This document shows positions 1 through 8,337 of a DNA stretch of 64,000 bases, piece by piece. Every line of letters begins with the position of its first letter. Within the stretch, counting starts at the first letter, position 1. Both the position numbers and the translations under genes were made by a program. Origin of the DNA: a virus (taxonomy: Duplodnaviria > Caudoviricetes); the IMG/VR virus record IMGVR_UViG_3300042542_005523. One strand, written 5' to 3'. A model generated the notes under the pieces. That model was not told the DNA's origin and did not search any database. It saw only the letters and a list, made by a program, of their open reading frames with translations.

Positions 1-38
1 GTGAACTTGAATCAAAAGGAAATTCCTTTGAAAATGGA

Positions 39-245
39 ATGATTGGAAGAGTTCAAATTTCCATAAATGTACAAGACTATCAGAAATTAAAAGACCAGGC
101 CAAGCAAATGGGGAAGGAGCAGATTGAACGAGCATACGTTCGCGGAGATGTAGATTCGTTTGGTGGAATTCATCACTCTGAATACTACGGAAATAAGTCA
201 GCCGAGCAATACTACAACGAAACATACGGAGGACAAGAAGAGTAA
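39..245 (+). CDS. Small hypothetical phage protein
   Basis: 68-aa ORF with KEQIERAY...AEQYYNETY pattern that resembles small proteins of Bacteroidota phages; ends QEE*. Confidence 0.65.
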   Translation: MIGRVQISINVQDYQKLKDQAKQMGKEQIERAYVRGDVDSFGGIHHSEYYGNKSAEQYYNETYGGQEE

Positions 246-249
246 ACCC

Positions 250-271
250 TCGGGGTCTTCTCGGGACTAGG
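250..271 (+). repeat. 22-nt intergenic direct repeat, copy 1 (TCGGGGTCTTCTCGGGACTAGG)
   Basis: Exact match to 520-541; directly follows the stop codon of 39..245. Confidence 0.95.
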
Positions 272-305
272 AGTTACATTTAGGTCAAATCAAAAACTAA
301 ACATT

Positions 306-506
306 ATGAAAAAAGTTTTAGAAGCTCTCATGAACCTCGTATTAAACCCGTTAGTATACGGTGTTATCCTATTCATCATATTTGCGGTTGACCTTGAGTA
401 TGACCGCGATGTCTTTACCTGGTTCTGGTTATTGTATGCTCAGTTGAATCTAATGATATGGGCTATTAGCGAAATCAAAAGAGTAAAACCCGTGCAGGAA
501 GAATAG
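306..506 (+). CDS. Small two-TM membrane protein
   Basis: 66 aa, two hydrophobic stretches, ends QEE* like the upstream gene. Confidence 0.7.
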   Translation: MKKVLEALMNLVLNPLVYGVILFIIFAVDLEYDRDVFTWFWLLYAQLNLMIWAISEIKRVKPVQEE

Positions 507-519
507 TAAGACAGGACCT

Positions 520-551
520 TCGGGGTCTTCTCGGGACTAGGTCCTATATTT
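520..551 (+). promoter_or_regulatory. 22-nt repeat copy 2 followed by a Bacteroidota-type -7 box (TATATTTG, 544-551)
   Basis: Exact repeat of 250-271; TAnnTTTG is the established Bacteroidota housekeeping-sigma -7 consensus. Confidence 0.6.
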
Positions 552-578
552 GCTTCATAACCAATCCACACAAAGCAC

Positions 579-692
579 ATGAAAAAAGGATTTCCATTCA
601 TCTCAGTTTTAGAGGCAGTATGCTACAGCCTAGCCATCAGCTTCCTCTCACTAGTACTCATAGGCACCATCATCATCAAGATCGTCCAATAA
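579..692 (+). CDS. Small hydrophobic protein (37 aa)
   Basis: Hand-translated MKKGFPFISVLEAVCYSLAISFLSLVLIGTIIIKIVQ, downstream of the -7 box. Confidence 0.5.
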   Translation: MKKGFPFISVLEAVCYSLAISFLSLVLIGTIIIKIVQ

Positions 693-910
693 GGGTCCCC
701 TAGGGGAAAGCCGGAGGGGGGCTAAATTGGGGTCCCTAAAATGGGGGTAAACCCCCCTCACGCGTATAGCCTAAATACAAGGGGGAATCCCCTTAGGGGT
801 CCCCAGAAGGATCCCCTATAATTAGGGGGGTTTTGACGGTAAAAACGGGGGGTTTTTAGGGGACCCTAGAGAGGGGGCCAATACGCGGGGGGTAGAACTC
901 GGCATGGGGT
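693..910. other. Non-coding G/C-tract region (candidate origin, terminus or packaging region)
   Basis: About 12 runs of 4 or more G plus several C runs and local palindromes in an otherwise AT-rich sequence; no credible ORF. Confidence 0.45.
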
Positions 911-944
911 TCGCTAAAGCAATTCCATATAGTAACCTTGGACA

Positions 945-1019
945 GAGTCAAAAGGCAGAGTCAATAAGGATCTATGACTAAGACCGAGTCAAGACTGAGT
1001 CAAAGGCAGAGTCAATAAG
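945..1019 (+). repeat. Five GAGTCAA iteron-like repeats
   Basis: GAGTCAA at 945, 958, 986, 997, 1009; longer unit GAGTCAAA(A)GGCAGAGTCAATAAG occurs twice. Confidence 0.85.
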
Positions 1020-1176
1020 TAGTCTGTTCTGTAGTCAATTGGTCATCTCTGTCACTCTCAGTCGTTAGTGTCTCCTCTCCAGCTAAACCTGGCCGCTTGT
1101 CTCGCACTTGATAGCTAGTGATGTTCCTTCCCCTGCAAGCTAGGTGTATAAACTGAGTGAAATGGATACATAAGAT

Positions 1177-1938
1177 ATGAAAGTAACAAAAGTAAACAAT
1201 TACGAGAACTGGCTGTTGGAAAGAGAAATCCTTTCTCTTCTTATTAAACACCTGCATGAAGGTTGCACTATGCTTCCTATAGCTCATGTCATCAATGAGG
1301 GCACTATGAGCAAGGCTGACTATGAGCTTGATAGATTATTAAAGAGAGCTGAGGCCAAGGGTGAGACACCTCTTGTTAAAGACTTCGTGCCTGAGATCAA
1401 GTCTCTGGTTCAGAAGTTTGCAGACTCTGGGCAGTCTGGTGCCTCTGCTCCCTATACATCCGGTGTCATAGTTAGTGTTATCCAGAAGCTTCTTAATCAG
1501 GAACCCTTGGGTGGCATAGAGGGCACTGAGGATGAGTGGGTTGATATAGGCAAGGAAGCAGGAGAGACTCCTGGCACCATGTTTCAGAACAACCGACTGA
1601 GCTCTGTGTTCAAGGATGCGGATGATAAACCCTACTATCTAGATGCCATTGTGTTCAAGGACGCTGATAAGGACTATAGCTTTACTAGTGGCTCTATTGA
1701 CTTGCCTGGACTAGCTGATGATGCTGGGGGTGGCAAGGTAGGCTCTGCTCAGTACATCAAGACATTTCCTTTTGAACCCAAGACGTTTGTCATTGATGTC
1801 ATTAGCACTGAGTACCATAAGAACGAAGACGGTACTCTAGTGCCTCAGGATGGAGGAGGCTGGTGGGAGAGTGTGGTGAAAGATCCCAAGCAGTTAGAGG
1901 AAGTGTGGCAGCACTACGATAGAAAGACTATGAAGTAA
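1177..1938 (+). CDS. Hypothetical phage protein with capsid-targeting-like N-terminus
   Basis: 253-aa ORF starting MKVTKVNNYENWLLE. Confidence 0.8.
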   Translation: MKVTKVNNYENWLLEREILSLLIKHLHEGCTMLPIAHVINEGTMSKADYELDRLLKRAEAKGETPLVKDFVPEIKSLVQKFADSGQSGASAPYTSGVIVSVIQKLLNQEPLGGIEGTEDEWVDIGKEAGETPGTMFQNNRLSSVFKDADDKPYYLDAIVFKDADKDYSFTSGSIDLPGLADDAGGGKVGSAQYIKTFPFEPKTFVIDVISTEYHKNEDGTLVPQDGGGWWESVVKDPKQLEEVWQHYDRKTMK

Positions 1939-2057
1939 CTTTTATGATGCCGGGCCCCGGCCCTCCAAAATGGCACCTAGAGGGGATCCTAAAGCGCCTT
2001 TTCCCCATTGAGATATATAGAGCAACAAAAGAGAAACAGGGAAGCATCCAATTGAGA

Positions 2058-2861
2058 ATGAGACACATTAAACCATATAATCAACTATTTGAAAGCCAGC
2101 AAAGATTGACACAGGAGCAGAAAGACTGGCTGTATGAATGCACCACAGGAAGCTGGGAGATTAACACACAGACCGGTTTGGTTGATGTTGATGGGGATTT
2201 CTCTTGCACGGGTCAGGGTCTGTCTGATTTTAAGGGAGTGAGATTTGGAAACATTATTGAGGATTTCGATTGTGACAACAACCTCCTAACCTCACTACGG
2301 GGAGCACCACATGTGGTGGGAGGGAGCTTCGATTGCTCCGACAACGAGCTCACCTCCCTGGAGGGAGCACCGCAGAGCGTGGGTGGTGCTTTCTTTTGCT
2401 CCTACAACGAGCTCACCTCCTTGGAGGGAACACCGCAGAAAGTGAGTGGGGATTTCTTTTGCTCCTATAACGAGCTCACCTCCCTGGAGGGAGCACCACT
2501 GGAAATCGAAGAGAATTTTGATTGTGGCAACAATCAGCTCACCTCACTAGAGGGAGCACCCCAGAGCGTGGGTGGTAGTTTCGATTGCAGCAGCAACTTC
2601 CTCGTTTCCTTAGAGGGAGCACCTCAGAGCGTGGGCTATAATTTCCTTTGCCACGACAACCCAATATCCGAAAGAGTCATGAAGGGGGTGATTGAGAGGA
2701 TGAGAGGCAAGAAGATCTCATTAGAGCAGGCTGTTGCCGAGTATTGGAAGCACATCCCTCAGGAGGATAGGGTCTACTTGGCCAAACATCATCCAACTCT
2801 TCCAGAAGAAGAGAAGAGGGAATACGCGGCACTAGAGAGATTAAAGAAAAGAATCATATGA
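2058..2861 (+). CDS. LRR-like 21-aa repeat protein, paralog 1 (6 repeats)
   Basis: LTSLEGAPxxVGGxFxCxxNx repeats with 63-bp period; start moved to M39 (MRHIKPYNQLFE) by paralog alignment and the upstream GATATATA. Confidence 0.88.
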   Translation: MRHIKPYNQLFESQQRLTQEQKDWLYECTTGSWEINTQTGLVDVDGDFSCTGQGLSDFKGVRFGNIIEDFDCDNNLLTSLRGAPHVVGGSFDCSDNELTSLEGAPQSVGGAFFCSYNELTSLEGTPQKVSGDFFCSYNELTSLEGAPLEIEENFDCGNNQLTSLEGAPQSVGGSFDCSSNFLVSLEGAPQSVGYNFLCHDNPISERVMKGVIERMRGKKISLEQAVAEYWKHIPQEDRVYLAKHHPTLPEEEKREYAALERLKKRII

Positions 2862-3616
2862 GACACATTAAGAGATATAATCAGCTATTCGAGAACACCC
2901 AAGAGCTCACACAGGAGCAGAAAGACTGGCTCGATGAGTGCGTAGATGAGGACGTAAGGGGCAGAGGAGCTTGGAGCGTTAATCCGAAAACGGGACTAGT
3001 TGATATCAAGGGACTTTTTCAGTCCACAGATGAACAGCTAACCGATTTCAAGGGAGTGAGGTTTGGCAAAGTTAGCGGTGGCTTCTATTGTAATTACAAT
3101 CAACTCACGTCACTAGAGGGAGCACCACAAGAAGTGGGTGGTGATTTCTACTGTCACCATAATAGGCTCACTTCACTAGAGGGTGGTCCACGGAAAGTAG
3201 GGGGTTTTTACTATTGCAACAACAATTTGCTCACCTCCCTGGAGGGCGCACCAGAGGTAGTGCCAAGAATGTTCGTTTGCTCTCATAATAAGCTCACTTC
3301 TTTAAAGGGATGCCCTAAGAAGATCGGCTCACAATTTTTGGCCAATAACAACGAGCTCACCTCACTAGAGGGAGCACCACAGTATGTGGAAGGTCCGTTC
3401 TATCTAGGTGATAACCCAATATCTACCAGGGCTTCTGAAGGCGTGCTTAGAAGAATGATCAGGGATAGGATCACTTTAGAACAGGCTGTGGCCGATTACT
3501 GGAAGAATATACCCAGAGCAGATAAACCATATCTGGCCAAGCACAATCCCGATCTCTCACCAGAGCAGAAGAGGGGATACGAGGCACTATATAGACTTAA
3601 GACAAGAGTTATATGA
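2858..3616 (+). CDS. LRR-like repeat protein, paralog 2 (5 repeats)
   Basis: Same N-cap, repeats and C-cap; ATGA overlap with paralog 1. Confidence 0.9.
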   Translation: MRHIKRYNQLFENTQELTQEQKDWLDECVDEDVRGRGAWSVNPKTGLVDIKGLFQSTDEQLTDFKGVRFGKVSGGFYCNYNQLTSLEGAPQEVGGDFYCHHNRLTSLEGGPRKVGGFYYCNNNLLTSLEGAPEVVPRMFVCSHNKLTSLKGCPKKIGSQFLANNNELTSLEGAPQYVEGPFYLGDNPISTRASEGVLRRMIRDRITLEQAVADYWKNIPRADKPYLAKHNPDLSPEQKRGYEALYRLKTRVI

Positions 3617-4491
3617 GACACATTAAAGAATACCATCAACTATTCGAGAACACTCAGGAGTTGACGCAGGAGCAGAAGGATTGGCTTGACGAGTGTGTAA
3701 GTGGCACTTGGTGGGTTGATCCAAAAACAGGACTTGTTGATGTGGATGGAGAATTCGAATGCAAAGAGCAGGAGCTGACCGATCTTAAAGGTGTGAGATT
3801 TGGTAAAGTGAAATCGACCTTCAATTGCTCGGACAACTTTATCACTTCCCTAGAGGGAGCACCTCAGACAGTGGGTAGATATTTCAATTGCTCCAATAAC
3901 CAGCTCACCTCCTTAGAGGGAGCACCTCAGACAGTGGGCTCTAGCTTCGATTGCTCCAACAACTCGCTCACATCACTCGAGGGACTTCCCAATGGGTTTG
4001 TCTTGGGCGGGAGTTTTTATTGCTCTGAAAACTCTCTCACTTCACTAGCTGGACTTCCTGATGGATTTAGTGCGGAGGGAAATTTCAATTGCTCCGACAA
4101 CTCGCTCACTTCCCTAAAGGGAGCACCCCAGAATGTTAATGGGACTTTCAATTGCTCTGACAATCAGCTCACGTCTCTAAAGGGAGGACCGCAGAGTGTG
4201 AGAGCGGGCTTCTTTTGTGAAGACAATCAGCTCACCTCGCTCGAGGGAGCACCACAGAGACTTGAGGGTGGTTCCATTTGTTTAGGCAACCCCATTTCTG
4301 AAGGAGTCATTAAGGGAGTTCTTAAAAGGATGAGCGGCAAGAATATTTCTTTAGAACAGGCTGTGATTGCCGAATGGAGGCACGCTTCAGAGGATGATAG
4401 GGTATATCTTGCCAAGCATAATCCAGATCTCCCACCGGAGGAGAGGAAAGAATATGCGGCACTAGAGAGATTAAAGAAAAGAATCATATGA
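3613..4491 (+). CDS. LRR-like repeat protein, paralog 3 (7 repeats)
   Basis: Same architecture, two 23-aa variant units; ATGA overlap. Confidence 0.9.
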   Translation: MRHIKEYHQLFENTQELTQEQKDWLDECVSGTWWVDPKTGLVDVDGEFECKEQELTDLKGVRFGKVKSTFNCSDNFITSLEGAPQTVGRYFNCSNNQLTSLEGAPQTVGSSFDCSNNSLTSLEGLPNGFVLGGSFYCSENSLTSLAGLPDGFSAEGNFNCSDNSLTSLKGAPQNVNGTFNCSDNQLTSLKGGPQSVRAGFFCEDNQLTSLEGAPQRLEGGSICLGNPISEGVIKGVLKRMSGKNISLEQAVIAEWRHASEDDRVYLAKHNPDLPPEERKEYAALERLKKRII

Positions 4492-5288
4492 GACATATTA
4501 AGCCATACAATCAACTATTTGAAAGTCAGCAGAAGTTGACACAGGAGCAAATGGATTGGCTTGACGTCTGTGTAAGTGGCAGATGGCAAATTAATCCACA
4601 GACAGGACTTGTTGACGTAGAAGGAGATTTCGACTACGATGCAGATGCTCCGAATTTTAATGGTGTGAGATTTGGTGATATTGGTGGTGATTTCAAATGC
4701 TCTCGTAGCTCACTCACTTCCCTAGAAGGAGCACCACAGAGCGTGAGTGGCAATTTTTACTGCTCACATAACTTGCTCACATCGCTAAAGGGAGCACCTC
4801 AGTCGGTGGGTGGAAATTTCTCCTGCTCCAATAACTCTATCACCTCTCTAGAGGGTGGCCCACAGAGTGTGGGATACATTTACCAATGTGACCATAACTC
4901 TCTCACCTCACTCGAGGGAGCACCACAGAAGATTGGATGGAGTTTTGATTGTAGCCATAACCAGCTCACTTCTCTAGAGGGAGCACCTCTTAGTATTGGT
5001 GGTGATTTTGATTGCTCTCACAATAGCATCACCTCTCTAGAGGGAGCACCACAGGAAGTTGGCAGGACAACCTATTGTTACACAAATCCTATTGGACATA
5101 AGGTTTTTAAAGGAGTTATTTATAAAATGACCCAACAACAGATTCCGCTGGAGCAGGCAGTGGCAAAGGAATGGAGATACACTCCAGAGGAGGATAGGAT
5201 ATATCTTGCTAAGCATAATCCGAAGCTATCACCAGAGGAGAGGAAAGAATACGAGGCACTTGCCAGGTACAAGGAAAGAGTTATATAG
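4488..5288 (+). CDS. LRR-like repeat protein, paralog 4 (6 repeats)
   Basis: Same architecture; ATGA overlap. Confidence 0.9.
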   Translation: MRHIKPYNQLFESQQKLTQEQMDWLDVCVSGRWQINPQTGLVDVEGDFDYDADAPNFNGVRFGDIGGDFKCSRSSLTSLEGAPQSVSGNFYCSHNLLTSLKGAPQSVGGNFSCSNNSITSLEGGPQSVGYIYQCDHNSLTSLEGAPQKIGWSFDCSHNQLTSLEGAPLSIGGDFDCSHNSITSLEGAPQEVGRTTYCYTNPIGHKVFKGVIYKMTQQQIPLEQAVAKEWRYTPEEDRIYLAKHNPKLSPEERKEYEALARYKERVI

Positions 5289-5309
5289 AACCGCTTAAAG
5301 GATAATACC

Positions 5310-5822
5310 TTAGATCAACTGAGATCCGCTTCCTTTTTTGGTTCCCTTTGGTACATTTCCTGTTAGATCCCCCCATTCAAAAATCACGTCTCCGTCTGTT
5401 GTCATATAGACAGATTTAGACTCGCTAGGCGTGTTGTAGATTTCCATTGTGCACCATTTATCTGGCTCTTGCCTGTAGCTTATAGAAACCCCCGACCCGT
5501 AGTATGGGTTATCAAAAGCTTTAATGGCTTTCTCTGGCAGAATGTAATGAATGGTTTGTAGTATGCCATCCGACCATTTCATGATCTGATATGCTTTACT
5601 GTCACCAGATTTAACCAGATCTAGAGCTTCACTTCTAAGGGCTCTTTCTTCTTCCTGATTTTCCGTTTCCTTCATCTTCAATTCAGTGCCGGTTTTTCCA
5701 ATTAGGCTGGCTAATTGTTTTGCGGCTTCAACCATTCTAGGTGTTTTGTTTCTCATCTTGTTATCCGTTGAGCTATCTGTGTCCATTTCAAATAGCTGCT
5801 TAAAGCTTTTTAGTGTTTTCAT
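5310..5822 (-). CDS. Hypothetical protein with capsid-targeting-like N-terminus
   Basis: MKTLKSFKQLFE; GATATATA on the minus strand at 5828-5835. Confidence 0.8.
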   Translation of the reverse strand: MKTLKSFKQLFEMDTDSSTDNKMRNKTPRMVEAAKQLASLIGKTGTELKMKETENQEEERALRSEALDLVKSGDSKAYQIMKWSDGILQTIHYILPEKAIKAFDNPYYGSGVSISYRQEPDKWCTMEIYNTPSESKSVYMTTDGDVIFEWGDLTGNVPKGTKKGSGSQLI

Positions 5823-5827
5823 GTCTT

Positions 5828-5875
5828 TATATATCAGTTCCGTCCAAAAATTAAGTCACTTGAGCGTGATATATA
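5828..5875. promoter_or_regulatory. Divergent pair of GATATATA motifs (putative phage late promoters)
   Basis: TATATATC at 5828-5835 and GATATATA at 5868-5875 between divergent genes; the motif recurs upstream of many genes in the window. Confidence 0.6.
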
Positions 5876-5880
5876 AAGAT

Positions 5881-6876
5881 ATGAAACATATTAGGATATT
5901 TGAATCCGCTTCAGAGAAACTATACCACGGTAACAGGAAAGGTGATTTCCCGCCGTCTAAGAAGAGATTCGCAGATGCTATATTCCTAACATCTAGTTTG
6001 GATTTTGCAAAGGATTTTGCAGGATTTAACGATGGCGATGAGTTTCCAGATGGTGCAGTGTGGGAGGTTGAATTAAAAGAGCTTCTGAATCTCTGCAATC
6101 CAATGGAAACCAAAACGATGATTGAGCTGAATCTAAAGGAAGTCATCCAAAAGATGATCGACGATAAGTATGTTGATGAAGCAAGCGGGACAAAGTTTAA
6201 TGAGGTCGGAGGATCTGGCTTTAAAGGATACGACCCAGATGAAGACAGAGAGTTTGATTTGAAAGATAAATCAGAGAGTGTCTATTTTTATCTATGGAGA
6301 ATAAAGAACGGGGCTTGGAGAATAATCGAGTGCAACCCGGTTATTGAGAGGATCAAGGAATCTGGATTTGATGGGTTCTATATAGTGGAGAGAGGAGCTA
6401 AAAACGTGGCGATCTTTGACGAGAAGTCTATAAAAAGCTTTGAAAAAATTCTAGATCATAAGGAATTAACACCAGACAAAATTAGCGAATCCCGTTTATA
6501 CGTTGGTAGCAGATCAGGAAGCATGAGACACATTAAGAAATTTGAGTCTTTATTTCGAGGCAGCACAAACGAGAACGAGTCCTGGACAGGTGATCTATAC
6601 GATGGCAATATAACATTCGAATTTAGTTATAAGGAACTAGGCTTGGATAAACTCACAGAGGAGTTTTATAAGAAGAGCGGCATTCCCAGAGAGTACATCT
6701 TGAACGAGCTTATCTATTTTATAGAGATGGATGCGGAGGGGGATGATTTAACGGGCTATATAGCGGACTATCAAAAAGACAGACTGGGTCTAATAAGGTC
6801 CAATTGGGATTCATTGGACAGCGAGGAGCAGAGAGAGTTTACAGTCAAGGATAGATTTAGAAGAAGATTAATATAA
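5881..6876 (+). CDS. ADP-ribosyltransferase-like (ART-PolyVal-type) domain protein fused to a second small domain
   Basis: LYHG...IFLTSSLDFAKDFA...VWEVEL...GFDG...VAIFDEKSIK pattern; start moved to MKHIRIFES; second signal-like MRHIKKFESLF in frame at 6523. Confidence 0.55.
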   Translation: MKHIRIFESASEKLYHGNRKGDFPPSKKRFADAIFLTSSLDFAKDFAGFNDGDEFPDGAVWEVELKELLNLCNPMETKTMIELNLKEVIQKMIDDKYVDEASGTKFNEVGGSGFKGYDPDEDREFDLKDKSESVYFYLWRIKNGAWRIIECNPVIERIKESGFDGFYIVERGAKNVAIFDEKSIKSFEKILDHKELTPDKISESRLYVGSRSGSMRHIKKFESLFRGSTNENESWTGDLYDGNITFEFSYKELGLDKLTEEFYKKSGIPREYILNELIYFIEMDAEGDDLTGYIADYQKDRLGLIRSNWDSLDSEEQREFTVKDRFRRRLI

Positions 6877-6885
6877 TACAATAGA

Positions 6886-8307
6886 ATGGAGTCAGCAAGA
6901 AGAATAAAGGATTATCCAGAATTCATTAAATCAATCAGAATAAACGAGGCACTCAGTGTGGGGTCTGGTGAATTCTCGACTTTCACAGTGATAATGCTAA
7001 ACTGGTGTGGTTTTGAAAAAAATGGTTATGTAGATGCAAAATCTCCATTTGCAGAAACAGGAACATATGACCTGGTTTTTGACGCGAAAAACGCGATGAC
7101 GAACGCGAATGGAAAATATGGTATTTACACTAGTGTCTCCCCTCAAGACGGAGAATGTGTGTTTCAGGTCATAGTGCAAGGTGACTACCTAAAGGGTTTG
7201 ATTACAGGATCACAGAAGAAGATATTTAGAGGACCAAAGGCTAAAATACTGGGCGACATCTTATCGAAATTAAGAGAGAGGAGCGGGGGTAATTACCACG
7301 AAAGCCCTTTGTCGGGTGATAAAAAAGATGGATTTTACAAGTTCATCTATAAGATTAGTATGGAAGACCTGATTGAGATTATTCCGATTTGGTCTGATTT
7401 TATGAGCTATATTGGATATGCTCCGAAGAGTGAGATGAAAGCTAACAAGTCGGAAGAAGGCAGTTATTTCGGTCCAGGTATCATGGAAAATTTCCTTGAG
7501 CAATACAGGATAAATAACCCAAAGCTAAAGAGGCTAGAAGTTATTTTTCCGAAAGACTGGGACGAGTACGCTCTTCTTCAATGGGCTAAAGAAAATGGAC
7601 TAGTCGCCCCGATCTTCACGTCAATAAAAGAGGGGATCGAGTATATGAAATCCCTTGAGGGTTTTAAATTCGATGAGGTTCTGGTGGGATCTCATGGTTA
7701 CGATAGTGCGGCATATTCAGATATGCTAGGAGCAATAGTAGATCCAGGTAATTCAGATGCTGAAGTTCAGGAGGTCACGGGATTTCTAAAGCAACTGGCT
7801 AAAATAACAACGAAAGATAGCATTGTATATTTCACTTCTTGCCATGCCGGGAATAAAAAGGAAAGACTTGTTAGGGTAGCTGAAATTATAGGATGCACAG
7901 TTTATGGGTCAGAGGGGGTTAATTACCTAGGTTTTAATTCAGAGAAAGGTAAATTCTGGATGGCTAAAGCAGATGGCACTTTTGAGCTAACAGGAGATAA
8001 ACCTCCTTTCGTTATGGAATTTGACGAGGGTTCTTTTTTAAGCGGTGTATCAATGGTTGCTCAATCCGTGACATATGAACAGATGAATAAAATCAGAGAT
8101 TTTAGTAAATCCGTATCAAAAGAATGGGAAAAATTCGAAAAGAATCCATGGGGATATGTGGCAGACCCGTGTACTGAATACATAGAAAAAAAGGTGGAAG
8201 CATTCAAAAAAAATGCAGAGGGCTTATACAATCAGACCGGGAAGGCGATATCGGACACGTACAACCAGGCAGGGAAGGCTTTATCTAACATGTGGAACTC
8301 CTGGTGA
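6886..8307 (+). CDS. Hypothetical protein with DUF4347/caspase-like peptidase region
   Basis: VLVGSHG...IVYFTSCHAG His/Cys pattern; N-terminus RRIKDYPEF...INE. Confidence 0.45.
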   Translation: MESARRIKDYPEFIKSIRINEALSVGSGEFSTFTVIMLNWCGFEKNGYVDAKSPFAETGTYDLVFDAKNAMTNANGKYGIYTSVSPQDGECVFQVIVQGDYLKGLITGSQKKIFRGPKAKILGDILSKLRERSGGNYHESPLSGDKKDGFYKFIYKISMEDLIEIIPIWSDFMSYIGYAPKSEMKANKSEEGSYFGPGIMENFLEQYRINNPKLKRLEVIFPKDWDEYALLQWAKENGLVAPIFTSIKEGIEYMKSLEGFKFDEVLVGSHGYDSAAYSDMLGAIVDPGNSDAEVQEVTGFLKQLAKITTKDSIVYFTSCHAGNKKERLVRVAEIIGCTVYGSEGVNYLGFNSEKGKFWMAKADGTFELTGDKPPFVMEFDEGSFLSGVSMVAQSVTYEQMNKIRDFSKSVSKEWEKFEKNPWGYVADPCTEYIEKKVEAFKKNAEGLYNQTGKAISDTYNQAGKALSNMWNSW

Positions 8308-8337
8308 TTGGTACCAATATATAAATAGAAACAATAA

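Noticed and set aside
945-1019. CRISPR array
   Set aside because: Repeats are 7 nt with 4-21-nt gaps, far from CRISPR repeat/spacer sizes, and there are no cas genes.
1944-2057. Longer N-terminus of LRR paralog 1 (MMPGPGPP...)
   Set aside because: Paralogs all start at MRHIK, and the extension spans the GATATATA motif and a GC-rich palindromic spacer.
2058-5288. Diversity-generating retroelement acting on the LRR genes
   Set aside because: No reverse transcriptase is seen in the window, no non-coding template copy, and differences between repeats are not adenine-specific.
5686-5880. Hydrophobic N-terminal extension of the ART-like ORF
   Set aside because: It overlaps the divergent gene 5310..5822 and lies upstream of the GATATATA motif; the signal-bearing start at 5881 is preferred.
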